A stretch of DNA of 59,523 nucleotides, the filler included. It is 4 parts of 4 records of this genome, joined end to end, with 100 filler letters (N's around TTAATTAATTAA, not from the genome) between each part and the next. Parts side by side here need not be neighbours in the genome. Positions count along the whole stretch, not along the records: positions 14,347 to 33,075 come from SRR31156797_14236; 3 more parts are not named here. The stretch is one strand, 5' to 3'. The notes under the pieces are model-generated. The model ran no database searches. It saw only the letters and a list, made by a program, of their open reading frames with translations, and was not told where the DNA came from. Both the position numbers and the translations under genes were made by a program. Positions 17,342 through 27,072 of this stretch are shown here, one piece after another (within the stretch, counting starts at the first letter, position 1; each line of letters starts with the position of its first letter).

Positions 17342-20300
17342 ATGGCAAAGTTTTTCATCGATCGACCAGTCTTCGCAATGGTCATTTCGATCATTATTGT
17401 CCTGGGCGGCTTAGTCTCTATGAAGGCAACACCGATCGCTCAATATCCGGACATCGCCCCACCAACAGTGCAGGTCACTGCCTTGTATCCTGGAGCTACA
17501 GCCGAGGTTATAGCCAACACCGTCGCCGCTCCTCTCGAGGCGCAGATTAACGGTGTTGAGGATATGAGCTATATGCTCTCCACTAGTTCGTCGAGCGGCA
17601 ACATGACGCTGACGGTAACCTTTGAACCCGGAACCGACCCTAACCAGGCCCAGGTGAACGTGCAGAATCGAGTCAGCCAGGCCAGTGCCAAGTTGCCGGA
17701 AGTGGTCGCCAAGCAGGGGGTAACCGTTGAGACGCGGTCCCAGGCATTTATGATGGTCGCTGCATTTTATACAGAAGATGATCGTTATGACCAGACATAC
17801 CTCTCCAACTACGTTAACCTTTATATTCTTGATCCTATTAAGCGCCTTCCAGGTGCAAACCTTTCCAGCATGTTTCCCGTACCCGACATTGCCATGCGCA
17901 TCTGGCTTAAACCTGATCGCCTTGCCCAACTGGGGTTAACATCTACGGATGTCAGCAATGCCATCCAACGGCAGAATCAGGCTTTCGGTGTTGGTCAGGT
18001 CGGTCAGGCACCCGCGACTCCCGGTATTCAACAGAGCTTCGTGGTTACCACCAAAGGAATGCTCACAGATCCGGCTGAATTTGATGAGATCATTATCCGT
18101 GCTGAAGCTGATGGATCGGCCATTGTGCATTTAAAAGATGTAGGTCATGCTGAACTTGGTTCTAAAGACTATTCTATGACGACCAAGATCGATGGTAAAA
18201 AAGCCGCGGCTGTTATTGTCTATCAACAGCCTGGAGCCAATGCCATTGCGACTTCAGAGAAAGTGCGGGCACTGATTGAAGAATTGAAACCGGGGTTTCC
18301 AGATGGCCTTGAATTTAAATACGTCATTGATACCAGTAAATTTACCGAAGCATCCATCGAAAAGGTGGTGCACACATTTTTTGAGGCGGTAGTGCTGGTC
18401 GTACTGGTTGTTCTCTTATTCCTTCAGAGTCTCCGTGCTACGTTTATTCCAATCCTGGCGGTACCGATTTGTATTATCGGAACCTATACCGGTATTTATT
18501 TTCTTGGATTTTCGACCAATATGCTCACCCTTTTTGGCATGATTCTGGCCATTGGTCTGGTGGTCGATGATGCGATTATCGTGGTTGAGAGCGTCGAACA
18601 CAATATGGCGACCTTAAAACTTTCCCCAATCGATGCTGCTCGTAAGGCCATGGACGAGTTGTCCGGGGCGTTAGTTGCCATCGTGTTGGTTTTGGTTTCC
18701 GTCTTTTTACCGGTTGCATTCCTGGGTGGATTGACTGGTACGCTTTATAAACAGTTTGCCATCACCATCGCCATCTCCATGGTTATTTCCGGAGTTGTTG
18801 CCTTGACACTTTCTCCTGCATTGGCAGCCCGTATCCTGAAACCTGGGGTACATGAGAAAAAGGGCTTTGGGAAGTGGTTTGATAACGGTTTTAACCGACT
18901 CACTGATGGTTACGTGGTTGGGGTGCGTTTTTTAATCAACCATAAACTGATTGGCCTTAGCCTCTTTGGCGGTGTGGTGGTTGCAACTCTTTTCTTATTT
19001 CGGATATTACCGGGAAGTTTTGTACCTGCAGAAGATCAGGGGTATCTCTTTGGTATTAACATGATGCCAGATGCAGCAAGCCTGGAACGAACCACTTCTG
19101 CTGCTGATCAAGCCATCAAGATTCTGCATGAAAATGGTGCAGTCAGTTCAGCATTCCAGGTTGACGGATATAGTTTAATTGACAGCCAGAATAAAACGAA
19201 TGCTTCCGTATTGTTTACTGCATTGAAGCCTTATGATGAACGCGAAGGTGAAGAATCAGGGGCTTTTGCAGTGCTTGATAATCTTCGGCGTAATTTTTCA
19301 GCTATTAAGGAGAGTGTTGTTATTCCATTGAACCCTCCATCCATCCCTGGGCTTGGAACCACTGGAGGTTTTGAATTCTACATCCAGAATATGGGCAGTG
19401 GCAGTTCTCAGGAACTTGAGAAAATAGCCAAAAAATTTATTGCTAAAGCCAAAGAGCGAGTTGATCTTGCGGGTGTTGCCACAACCTTTTCGGCGTCGCA
19501 GCAGCAGCTCTATTTTGATCTCGATCGCAACCGTGCTGAACTCCTTGGGGTGCCTGTTTCAGACATCTACGAGACACTGCAGGCATATTTTGGTTCCTCC
19601 TACGTTGCACAGTACGTTCAGTTCGGTAGGATTTGGCAGGTTATCATCCAGGCTCAGGCGAAATACCGTGATGAGCCTGCTGATTTCGATCAGATCTATG
19701 TGCGATCAGCCAATAGCGGTAAAATGATTCCGCTCTCAGCTTTGGCAACAGTGCGCTATGAGCCAGGTGCCGGGCTGATGCCGCGTTTTAATGGTTTTCC
19801 TGCAGCAAAACTGACCGGTAGTCAATCTGCTGGATATAGTACTGGGCAGGCGATTACTGCGATGGAGGAGATTGCAGCTGAGGTTCTTCCAGATGGATAC
19901 GGGTTTTCATGGTCTGGTCAGGCTTATGAGGAAAAGAAATCAGGTGGTACCTCCAGTTCTGCCTTTATATTTGGTCTTATCATGGTTTTTCTTATTCTGG
20001 CTGCCCAGTACGAAAAATGGTCGTTGCCGATAGGGGTAATGATGGCGGTTCCTTTTGCAATCTGTGGTGCGCTCTTGGCAACATGGGGACGGGGGCTGGA
20101 AAATGATGTTTACTTCCAGGTTGGGCTGGTGACCCTGATTGGTCTTTCTGCCAAAAACGCTATTTTGATCATCGAGTTTGCGGTTGAAAACTTGCACGGC
20201 GGGATGTCAGTGGTGGATGCAGCCGTCGAAGCAGCTCGTCTACGTTTACGACCAATTGTTATGACTTCGCTGGCTTTCATTCTTGGTTGTGTACCGATGG

Positions 20301-20500
20301 CTATTGCAACTGGAGCTGGTGCTAACAGTCTGCATGCCATCGGCACAGGGGTCATTGGGGGCATGTTGTTTTCCACTCTGATTGCCTCGTTTTTTGTACC
20401 GCTGTTTTTTGTTTTTATAGAAAACTCATCGGGGCTTTTTAGCCGCAAGAAGAAAGCTCCACCAAAAGCGGCTCCTCAAGGAGGTGACCATCATGCATAA
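17342..20500 (+). CDS. HAE1-family multidrug RND permease (AcrB/MexB-like)
   Basis: 1052 aa; FFIDRPVFA, GLVVDDAIIVVE, AKNAILIIEFA, RLRPIVMTS. Confidence 0.95.
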   Translation: MAKFFIDRPVFAMVISIIIVLGGLVSMKATPIAQYPDIAPPTVQVTALYPGATAEVIANTVAAPLEAQINGVEDMSYMLSTSSSSGNMTLTVTFEPGTDPNQAQVNVQNRVSQASAKLPEVVAKQGVTVETRSQAFMMVAAFYTEDDRYDQTYLSNYVNLYILDPIKRLPGANLSSMFPVPDIAMRIWLKPDRLAQLGLTSTDVSNAIQRQNQAFGVGQVGQAPATPGIQQSFVVTTKGMLTDPAEFDEIIIRAEADGSAIVHLKDVGHAELGSKDYSMTTKIDGKKAAAVIVYQQPGANAIATSEKVRALIEELKPGFPDGLEFKYVIDTSKFTEASIEKVVHTFFEAVVLVVLVVLLFLQSLRATFIPILAVPICIIGTYTGIYFLGFSTNMLTLFGMILAIGLVVDDAIIVVESVEHNMATLKLSPIDAARKAMDELSGALVAIVLVLVSVFLPVAFLGGLTGTLYKQFAITIAISMVISGVVALTLSPALAARILKPGVHEKKGFGKWFDNGFNRLTDGYVVGVRFLINHKLIGLSLFGGVVVATLFLFRILPGSFVPAEDQGYLFGINMMPDAASLERTTSAADQAIKILHENGAVSSAFQVDGYSLIDSQNKTNASVLFTALKPYDEREGEESGAFAVLDNLRRNFSAIKESVVIPLNPPSIPGLGTTGGFEFYIQNMGSGSSQELEKIAKKFIAKAKERVDLAGVATTFSASQQQLYFDLDRNRAELLGVPVSDIYETLQAYFGSSYVAQYVQFGRIWQVIIQAQAKYRDEPADFDQIYVRSANSGKMIPLSALATVRYEPGAGLMPRFNGFPAAKLTGSQSAGYSTGQAITAMEEIAAEVLPDGYGFSWSGQAYEEKKSGGTSSSAFIFGLIMVFLILAAQYEKWSLPIGVMMAVPFAICGALLATWGRGLENDVYFQVGLVTLIGLSAKNAILIIEFAVENLHGGMSVVDAAVEAARLRLRPIVMTSLAFILGCVPMAIATGAGANSLHAIGTGVIGGMLFSTLIASFFVPLFFVFIENSSGLFSRKKKAPPKAAPQGGDHHA

Positions 20501-21932
20501 ATGGCTAATTGGCACTCTTTTCCTTTTAGTGGTCAATGGTTGCACTCTTGGTCCGGATTATGTGCGGCCGCCGGTTGAAACGCCGTCTGCGTGGACAGTC
20601 TCCTACGATGCGGCTGCAGATTTAACTGATACTGCCTGGTGGAGGCAGTTCGAAGATCCTGTCCTTGATGAATTGATCGCTTTGGCACTGGTCAATAATC
20701 TTGATCTTAAGGCTGCTATGGCAAGAGTTGATCAATTTCTTGGTCAACTACAGACAACCCGGTCCGAATTCTTTCCGCAGATAGGTGTCTCGGCAAGTGC
20801 CTACCGACAAGATGATACAGATACAGGTTTAAGCTCCGCCACGAGTCCTTACAGTATTTACCAGGGGGCATTGAATGCCACTTGGGAGATCGATCTTTGG
20901 GGACGTGTTCGCCGTTTAAGTGAAGCTGCTCAGGCCGAATTGCTGGCCAGTGAAGCCGGACGCCGCAGCATATTGCTCACTCTGGTGAGTAATGTTGCCA
21001 GCAATTATCTCGTTTTACGTGGACTTGACAGGCAGCTGGAGATCTCCCGAGAGACTGAACAGGCATATGCCGACTCTCTGCGTATTTTTCGCCAGCGGCA
21101 TAAATATGGCACAGTTTCTCTGGTTGAGGTGAGCCAGGTCGAATCTGAATATGAAAATGCCCGGCAAACGATTCCTCAACTGGAATCCAGGATAGCTCAA
21201 CAGCAGAACCTTATCACTTTATTGCTTGGCAGAAGCCCTGGGGCGATACCGCGTGGAAAGGTTCTTGACGACCTTGTTGCCCCTGAGATACCAGCTGACC
21301 TGCCTGCGGAAATCCTTGAGCAGCGACCTGATATCATTCAGGCCGAACAACTGTTAATAGCTGCAAACGCCCGTATTGGTGTAGCACGTGCACTTTATTT
21401 CCCGCGTTTTTCCCTGACAGGTGCCCTTGGCACTGCCAGCATTGACTCAGATCTCTTGTTTGATGGATCTTCAGGGGCCTGGCAGATAGGTGCTGATGTA
21501 CTTGGGCCAATTTTTACTTTTGGATCTATCGAGGGGCAGGTCATGGCTAGTGAAGCCGCTCAGCAGGAAGCTGTTTTCAGTTATCAGCAGTCAATTTTAG
21601 CTGCCTTGCGCGATGTTGAAGACGCCTTGATAGCGACCACTAAGGGGCGTGAACGTCAGCTTTTTCAGGGGCGCCGAACCAGTGCTCTTGAAACCTACGC
21701 ACGTTTGGCCAGGCAACAGTATGACAATGGAACAACAGGCTACCTGCAGGTCCTTGATGCCAATCGGAGCCTTTTTTCCAGCCAGCTTGATTACGTGCAA
21801 ACTCAGATAGGAGTGTTGACAAGCCTTGTTGATGTCTATCGGTCTTTAGGTGGTGGTTGGGTGGACGAGGCTGATCGTATGAGTCAGCCCGTTGCATCAG
21901 TTGAGGGGGGCGGGAAAGACACAGATCAGTAG
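20493..21932 (+). CDS. Outer-membrane efflux lipoprotein (OprM/NodT family)
   Basis: VNGCTLGPDY lipobox, WEIDLWG, QRPDI..AE, YRSLGGGW; ATG 20493 after GGAGGTG. Confidence 0.93.
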   Translation: MHKWLIGTLFLLVVNGCTLGPDYVRPPVETPSAWTVSYDAAADLTDTAWWRQFEDPVLDELIALALVNNLDLKAAMARVDQFLGQLQTTRSEFFPQIGVSASAYRQDDTDTGLSSATSPYSIYQGALNATWEIDLWGRVRRLSEAAQAELLASEAGRRSILLTLVSNVASNYLVLRGLDRQLEISRETEQAYADSLRIFRQRHKYGTVSLVEVSQVESEYENARQTIPQLESRIAQQQNLITLLLGRSPGAIPRGKVLDDLVAPEIPADLPAEILEQRPDIIQAEQLLIAANARIGVARALYFPRFSLTGALGTASIDSDLLFDGSSGAWQIGADVLGPIFTFGSIEGQVMASEAAQQEAVFSYQQSILAALRDVEDALIATTKGRERQLFQGRRTSALETYARLARQQYDNGTTGYLQVLDANRSLFSSQLDYVQTQIGVLTSLVDVYRSLGGGWVDEADRMSQPVASVEGGGKDTDQ

Positions 21933-21998
21933 CAGAATATGCTTTTGGGTTTACGGCGTCGCCAGTCACCTTATGTCGGTAAAGGGGACTCAATGGAC

Positions 21999-22916
21999 TT
22001 ATTTGAACTTCTTTCTTCTTCGCCTCTCTGGTGCATGCGTATGGTTTGCTAAAAATACCGCAAAAATGACTATTCCGGCTCCACTAAGTTGGGTCATGGT
22101 CAATGACTCACCAAGCAGTACCCACGCACCAAATGCGGTTACCAAGGGGATAGCGTTAATACAGACCGATGCCTTGGCCGCAGGGATTTTGGTAAGGGCG
22201 TAATTATAGCATAGAAAAGCTCCAATAGTGGCGAAAAGAGTGAGCCCGATCACGGCGAGGATAGCTTCATTGGTTACAGCCTGAGGGTTGAAGTTCGGTA
22301 GATCATAAATAAAGGCTGGGAAAAAGATCATTGCCCCAAAAATAATCTGCATGCCGGTAATTTGCCTTGAAGGTATGTTTGCCCCTAAACGTCTGGTCAT
22401 GATCATATAGACAGAGGCGGACAGTACCGCTCCAAATATGAGAAGATCTCCAATTAACATGCCCCCCAGTTCCTCTTTCTTGCCAGTGCCAAACACCAGT
22501 AGAGATACCCCGACTAGAGAGAGTATTATTCCAAGAAAGTTAATGGTCCTGATCCGTTCTTTCAGCAGAAGGGCAGAGAGGGACAAAACGACTACCGGTA
22601 TGGTTGCAATGATTAACGAGGTCTTGGTGGCAGAGGTATATTGGAGGCCAAAGGTCTCAAAGGTAAAGTAAAGTCCAGGTTGCATCACTGCAAGTAACAA
22701 CAAGGATTTCAGGTCTTTTTTGCTGAGTGTTTGAAAACCTGTTCGCCAGAAAAGGATCACGAAAAAAAGTGATGCCGTGAAAAAGCGGATAAAGATAAGA
22801 CAAAAAGGCGTAAAGCTCTGCAGTGCGACCTTGGTGGCTACAAAAGAGAGACCCCAAAAGAGAACTGCCAGCATGAGGGCTATATAGGTGTACAAGGGGT
22901 TTTCTGATTGTATCAT
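21999..22916 (-). CDS. EamA/DMT-family transporter
   Basis: ~10 TM; FWGLSFVATK, GLQYTSAT, LLKERI, LLGE. Confidence 0.92.
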   Translation of the reverse strand: MIQSENPLYTYIALMLAVLFWGLSFVATKVALQSFTPFCLIFIRFFTASLFFVILFWRTGFQTLSKKDLKSLLLLAVMQPGLYFTFETFGLQYTSATKTSLIIATIPVVVLSLSALLLKERIRTINFLGIILSLVGVSLLVFGTGKKEELGGMLIGDLLIFGAVLSASVYMIMTRRLGANIPSRQITGMQIIFGAMIFFPAFIYDLPNFNPQAVTNEAILAVIGLTLFATIGAFLCYNYALTKIPAAKASVCINAIPLVTAFGAWVLLGESLTMTQLSGAGIVIFAVFLANHTHAPERRRRKKFK

Positions 22917-23437
22917 TTGCAGATAGCTCGTTGAGAAAGAGAGAGTGTTCTTTTCATTGTTGGTGAATTTCAGGCAGCGAGCTTACTCTAAATAGGCTTG
23001 AAAATCCCGCACGGAATACAGGAAAAGGCGTAGTATGCAGGTATTTGGATGAGCTGTTAAATGCTACCCTGCAAATAGTTTTTTTCCTGTCAGCTGTGAA
23101 GTGAGCAATTATGTCTTGGATGACTCTTGGCGAGCACTTTGCACGATTGTGTATTTTTTTCTGTCCCTTCTCCTTATTCTTCATGCTCGTGTACCCATCA
23201 ATTAGTTAATGAACATGGGATTCATGTCCCCCAAATGCATATTAATTATTATTGGCGGAAATTCCAGGGTACGTGTGATTTAGGTAGTATATAAAAAGCA
23301 CTATACATCGGCAAAGCCTATTCTTGGTATCGGATTAATTAATTTTTAGTATTGTACATTTAAAATGAATACATGTACCTTCTCATTTTTGATACATTTT
23401 ATCAGGGTTGAGGAATTCGGAAAGAAAGGAGAGAAAC

Positions 23438-24451
23438 ATGAAAAGAAGATTAGTATTGGCCGCAATTTTGTTTTGTTTGTTTATGCCGTTTTCAACAATG
23501 GCAGCACAAAAAGCATCCGGAACAATATCAATGAAGTTTGACCTTACTGATCAGCCGGCTGATAAAGAGGCAAAGATTTGGATTCCCTATCCAATATCTG
23601 ACAATGATCAGCTCATCACGAATATCTCGATTAATGGTGATTATGCAGAAGCGGCTGTCTATTCGGACCAGACATATTCAACGCCGATGCTTTACGCCCG
23701 TTGGGACAAAGATGCAACAAGTCGTAAACTGGTTTTCAGTTTTCATGCAATTCGCAACGAGGTTGTGAAAAAAGATTTCCCTGCAAAAGAGGGAGCTTGG
23801 GACCCGGCAGACTATCAACTCTATTTAAGCCCAACTAGCATGGGGCCAATTGACGGGGTGGTAAAAGAGTTGTCAGACAATATTGTGGCCGACAAAACTT
23901 CTGTTCACGATAAAGCAAAGGCTATCTATGACTGGATCTGTGACAATATGTACAGAGATCCGAAAACCAACGGTTGTGGACCGGGGGATGTATGTTCTCT
24001 GCTGTTAAAACCGGGTGGGAAATGCACTGATATTCATTCGGTTTTTGTAGCACTTGCTCGTGCCGCTGGTGTTCCTGCCAGGGAGGTTTTTGGTATTCGT
24101 CAAGGAAAAGACAGCGTGGTAGACATAACCAAATGGCAGCATTGTTGGGCTGAATTCTTCCTGCCTGGATACGGCTGGGTACCTATTGATCCTGCAGATG
24201 TTCGTAAAATGATGCTCAAACATGACCTGAAACTTGGAGATAAGAAAACCAAAGAGTACCGAGATTATTTCTGGGGCGCCTGGGATCAGTATCGCGTAAA
24301 ATTGGCGGTCGGCCGTGACCTTCTCTTAAATCCACCACAGGCTGGGAAACCACTCAATACCTTCGGCTACCCCTATGCTGAGGTCGGTGGCGAGACCATC
24401 GATTGGCTTGAGCCTTCCACATTCAAATACACTATCACCTATACCAAGTAG
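23438..24451 (+). CDS. Exported transglutaminase-like (Cys-His-Asp) protein
   Basis: Signal peptide; GGKCTD..FVALARAAGVPAR, HCWAEF, WVPIDP; ATG 23438 after AAGGAG. Confidence 0.9.
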   Translation: MKRRLVLAAILFCLFMPFSTMAAQKASGTISMKFDLTDQPADKEAKIWIPYPISDNDQLITNISINGDYAEAAVYSDQTYSTPMLYARWDKDATSRKLVFSFHAIRNEVVKKDFPAKEGAWDPADYQLYLSPTSMGPIDGVVKELSDNIVADKTSVHDKAKAIYDWICDNMYRDPKTNGCGPGDVCSLLLKPGGKCTDIHSVFVALARAAGVPAREVFGIRQGKDSVVDITKWQHCWAEFFLPGYGWVPIDPADVRKMMLKHDLKLGDKKTKEYRDYFWGAWDQYRVKLAVGRDLLLNPPQAGKPLNTFGYPYAEVGGETIDWLEPSTFKYTITYTK

Positions 24452-24475
24452 GTTGAAGTAATTCTTTATTTTTCT

Positions 24476-24511
24476 CTATGGGGCCGTCAATCGATGGTCC
24501 CATAGTTTTTT
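24476..24511 (+). terminator. Rho-independent terminator
   Basis: CTATGGGGCCGTC-aatc-GATGGTCCCATAG followed by a T-run. Confidence 0.7.
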
Positions 24512-25314
24512 GTTCTGAAACCATAAGTATGGCAAATGAAATCTGTAATCAGCAATTTGAGATACTTCCTAAGTATTTTTCAGTACGGACATGCCAGGTG
24601 ACGGATACTGCCTGTTTAGCAAGCGTTGGTATTGGCCGTGCGAATCTCCAGAAAGTCCATTTTCACCTAAGATATATATATTTCCTGTGTCTGGCCGATC
24701 TTAACACTAATAATCCCGGGCGAAAACTGTTATGCGGATCTGACTTGAGAAAAAAAGGCAGGAAATGTGGTCAAAATAATACTTCGGCCACACGACCTCC
24801 GTTGCCATGCAGCTACATATGCCTCAAGGTATGGAAATCCAATCGAAATTGTGAGAAAGGTCATCCCACGTCATGCCGACTTTTCAACGACTCAGCGGTA
24901 CCTGGGAGAGGTCAAGTAACCTGAAGCAATTGGTTGAATCAAAACGCTTTATTGATAGATACTCCACAACGGGCGGTAAAAGGCTCACACTCATCAATGG
25001 ACAAGAAAAATCTTCCCATCGCATCAGCGACCGAAATATGGTAGTGCCAAGAATAATCTTCTCATCAGAACTGAAGGGCTGCATTGTACCTTGAGAGTTC
25101 TCGTCCCAAACTGCATCGAAAATAGATTGTCTTGACCTCACCGAAAACGGTGTGTATAAATTCTGGCCATGAAAACCTACTAGTCCACCATAACTGCAAT
25201 CAGCAGTTCTCTATTCTGAATCGTTTGCTTTGGTAAATATACGAACAGCGAATCAGTCCGTGCATCCTGCGCAATTAGGATGTTTGTATCTTTTTGATAA
25301 CAAAAGAGGTTTTC

Positions 25315-26151
25315 ATGAAACTCAACGACTATATAAAATCCGCCTCTCGCCCTCCAGTTTACACACCCGGAACTGCAACCATGTGGGACGATAAGCATAT
25401 TTCAAAACAACTTCTGGCCGTTCATCTCAATCCGGACATTGACCTTGCCAGCAGAAAACCGGCTACTATCCTCACTACAATTGAATGGTTGGAAAAAGTT
25501 TTTCTGAAACCAGGGGCAGCAATACTTGATATGGGATGCGGGCCTGGCCTGTACAGCGAACAGCTTGCCGAGAGAGGGTATAGAGTTACAGGGGTAGATA
25601 TCTCTGCTAACTCCATCCACTATGCATATGAGTCTGCCAAAAAGAACGGGTTGGATATAGACTATCGCAACCTGGATTACGTGAATTTGGACGACAGGGA
25701 AGGCTTTGACCTTATCCTCATGATATTCACCGATTTTGGAGTACTGGTTCCGGAAGTCCGCAAGAAAGTACTGACTAATATATACAGAGCCCTAAAGCCC
25801 GGCGGGGCATTTTGTTTCGATTTTCTCAACAACTCGTACCCTATTGCCGAAACTGGAAATAGGGAGTGGGAAATATGTAATGGGGGATTCTGGAGAAAAG
25901 GGCCTTACCTTGCTCTACAGGAAAAACTCTATTATCCTGAGCAGAATGTTTGCCTTAATCAACATGTTGTAACGGGCGACAACGGGAAAACGAGTATTTA
26001 CAGGTTTTGGACCCATGCGTTCAATCACGACCAAATCAATGAGCTAATTGGAGTGCATGGTTTTGTAAGTTGCAGCTTCTATGAGGGTATTCTTCCCGAC
26101 AGTGAATTTTACAATTCCGGTGATATAAGTTTCTGCATTGCTTATAAGTGA
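25315..26151 (+). CDS. Class I SAM-dependent methyltransferase
   Basis: ILDMGCGPGLY, VTGVDIS, LKPGGAFCFD; ATG 25315 after AGAGG. Confidence 0.9.
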   Translation: MKLNDYIKSASRPPVYTPGTATMWDDKHISKQLLAVHLNPDIDLASRKPATILTTIEWLEKVFLKPGAAILDMGCGPGLYSEQLAERGYRVTGVDISANSIHYAYESAKKNGLDIDYRNLDYVNLDDREGFDLILMIFTDFGVLVPEVRKKVLTNIYRALKPGGAFCFDFLNNSYPIAETGNREWEICNGGFWRKGPYLALQEKLYYPEQNVCLNQHVVTGDNGKTSIYRFWTHAFNHDQINELIGVHGFVSCSFYEGILPDSEFYNSGDISFCIAYK

Positions 26152-26362
26152 GTGCTAAGAGAAATTAGTACCTGAAATAATCCAGCATAAAGAAGATTTG
26201 GATCGTTGGGTGAGTCTTTCCTGAAAGATACATCATTCATCGGTCCATATCTGGCAATCTGCTCTCAATAGCTAAAGAGGGACAAGCTAAGCCTGGTCAG
26301 GAACCTGCTTATGTTAAGATTTATGGTAGAAAGGAGATGGTTAGATTAACTGAAGGGGGGGC

Positions 26363-26530
26363 ATGACAATGCTAATGAATCCACACACAGGATCAGTGGC
26401 AACCGAAGAAGAGTGGCGTGAAGTGTTTGCAAACTCATCCCCCGAAGAGTGGGGTGGCGAGAACTTTGAAGATGCAGATTTAAGTCCCGTCATCTTCAAC
26501 AGCGTTGGGGTTTGGGTGGAAGTGGATTGA
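26363..26530 (+). CDS. Small acidic Trp-containing hypothetical protein (55 aa, not in the ORF track)
   Basis: MTMLMNPHTGSVATEEEWREVFANSSPEEWGGENFEDADLSPVIFNSVGVWVEVD; G-rich RBS directly upstream. Confidence 0.6.
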   Translation: MTMLMNPHTGSVATEEEWREVFANSSPEEWGGENFEDADLSPVIFNSVGVWVEVD

Positions 26531-26778
26531 TATATGCAAGGGACAAGCCCATTAATACAACAAGTAGGTTGTTGATCACCCCGAGGTTATAAACACTACG
26601 CCACGCAGGATGCTGTGCAGTTCCCATTGTACGCAAGCGATTGATAATAATGCATTGAGACTTGCTGAGGTCAGCAAAGATATATTATTAAGGGCTTTTA
26701 TTGAGCATCCTAACAGCATGTCAGACACGTCAGCTTGTGCTTATTCCTGTAACCTCCCCCACCCACACACGAACGTCC

Positions 26779-27072
26779 CTACTCGCCGATGATTTTTACC
26801 AGCACTCTCTTTTTGCGGCGACCGTCAAATTCACCGTAAAAGATCTGCTCCCAGGTGCCGAAATCAAGCTGACCGTTGGTGATGGCAACTACAACTTCAC
26901 GACCCATGATCTGGCGTTTCATATGAGCGTCAGCATTGTCCTCATAGCCGTTGTGCCGGTATTGACTGACCGGTTCATGGGGAGCCAGCTTTTCAAGCCA
27001 TACTTCGTAGTCATGATGAAGTCCGGACTCATCATCATTGATAAAAATAGAGGCTGTTATGTGCATCGCGTT
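26779..27072 (-). pseudogene. yjbQ: Displaced 3' part of yjbQ (intact frame, no own 5' end)
   Basis: 95 aa match the C-terminal 95 aa of 28686-29102 except 3 residues; similarity stops abruptly at 27072. Confidence 0.85.

Noticed and set aside
16800-20448. Many 60-170 aa alternative-frame and antisense ORFs within the RND genes
   Set aside because: Expected shadow ORFs in higher-GC coding DNA.
24478-25290. Several short ORFs (148, 85, 73 aa) between the transglutaminase and methyltransferase genes
   Set aside because: No motifs or clear RBS, and one begins inside a terminator; may be decayed sequence but cannot be supported.
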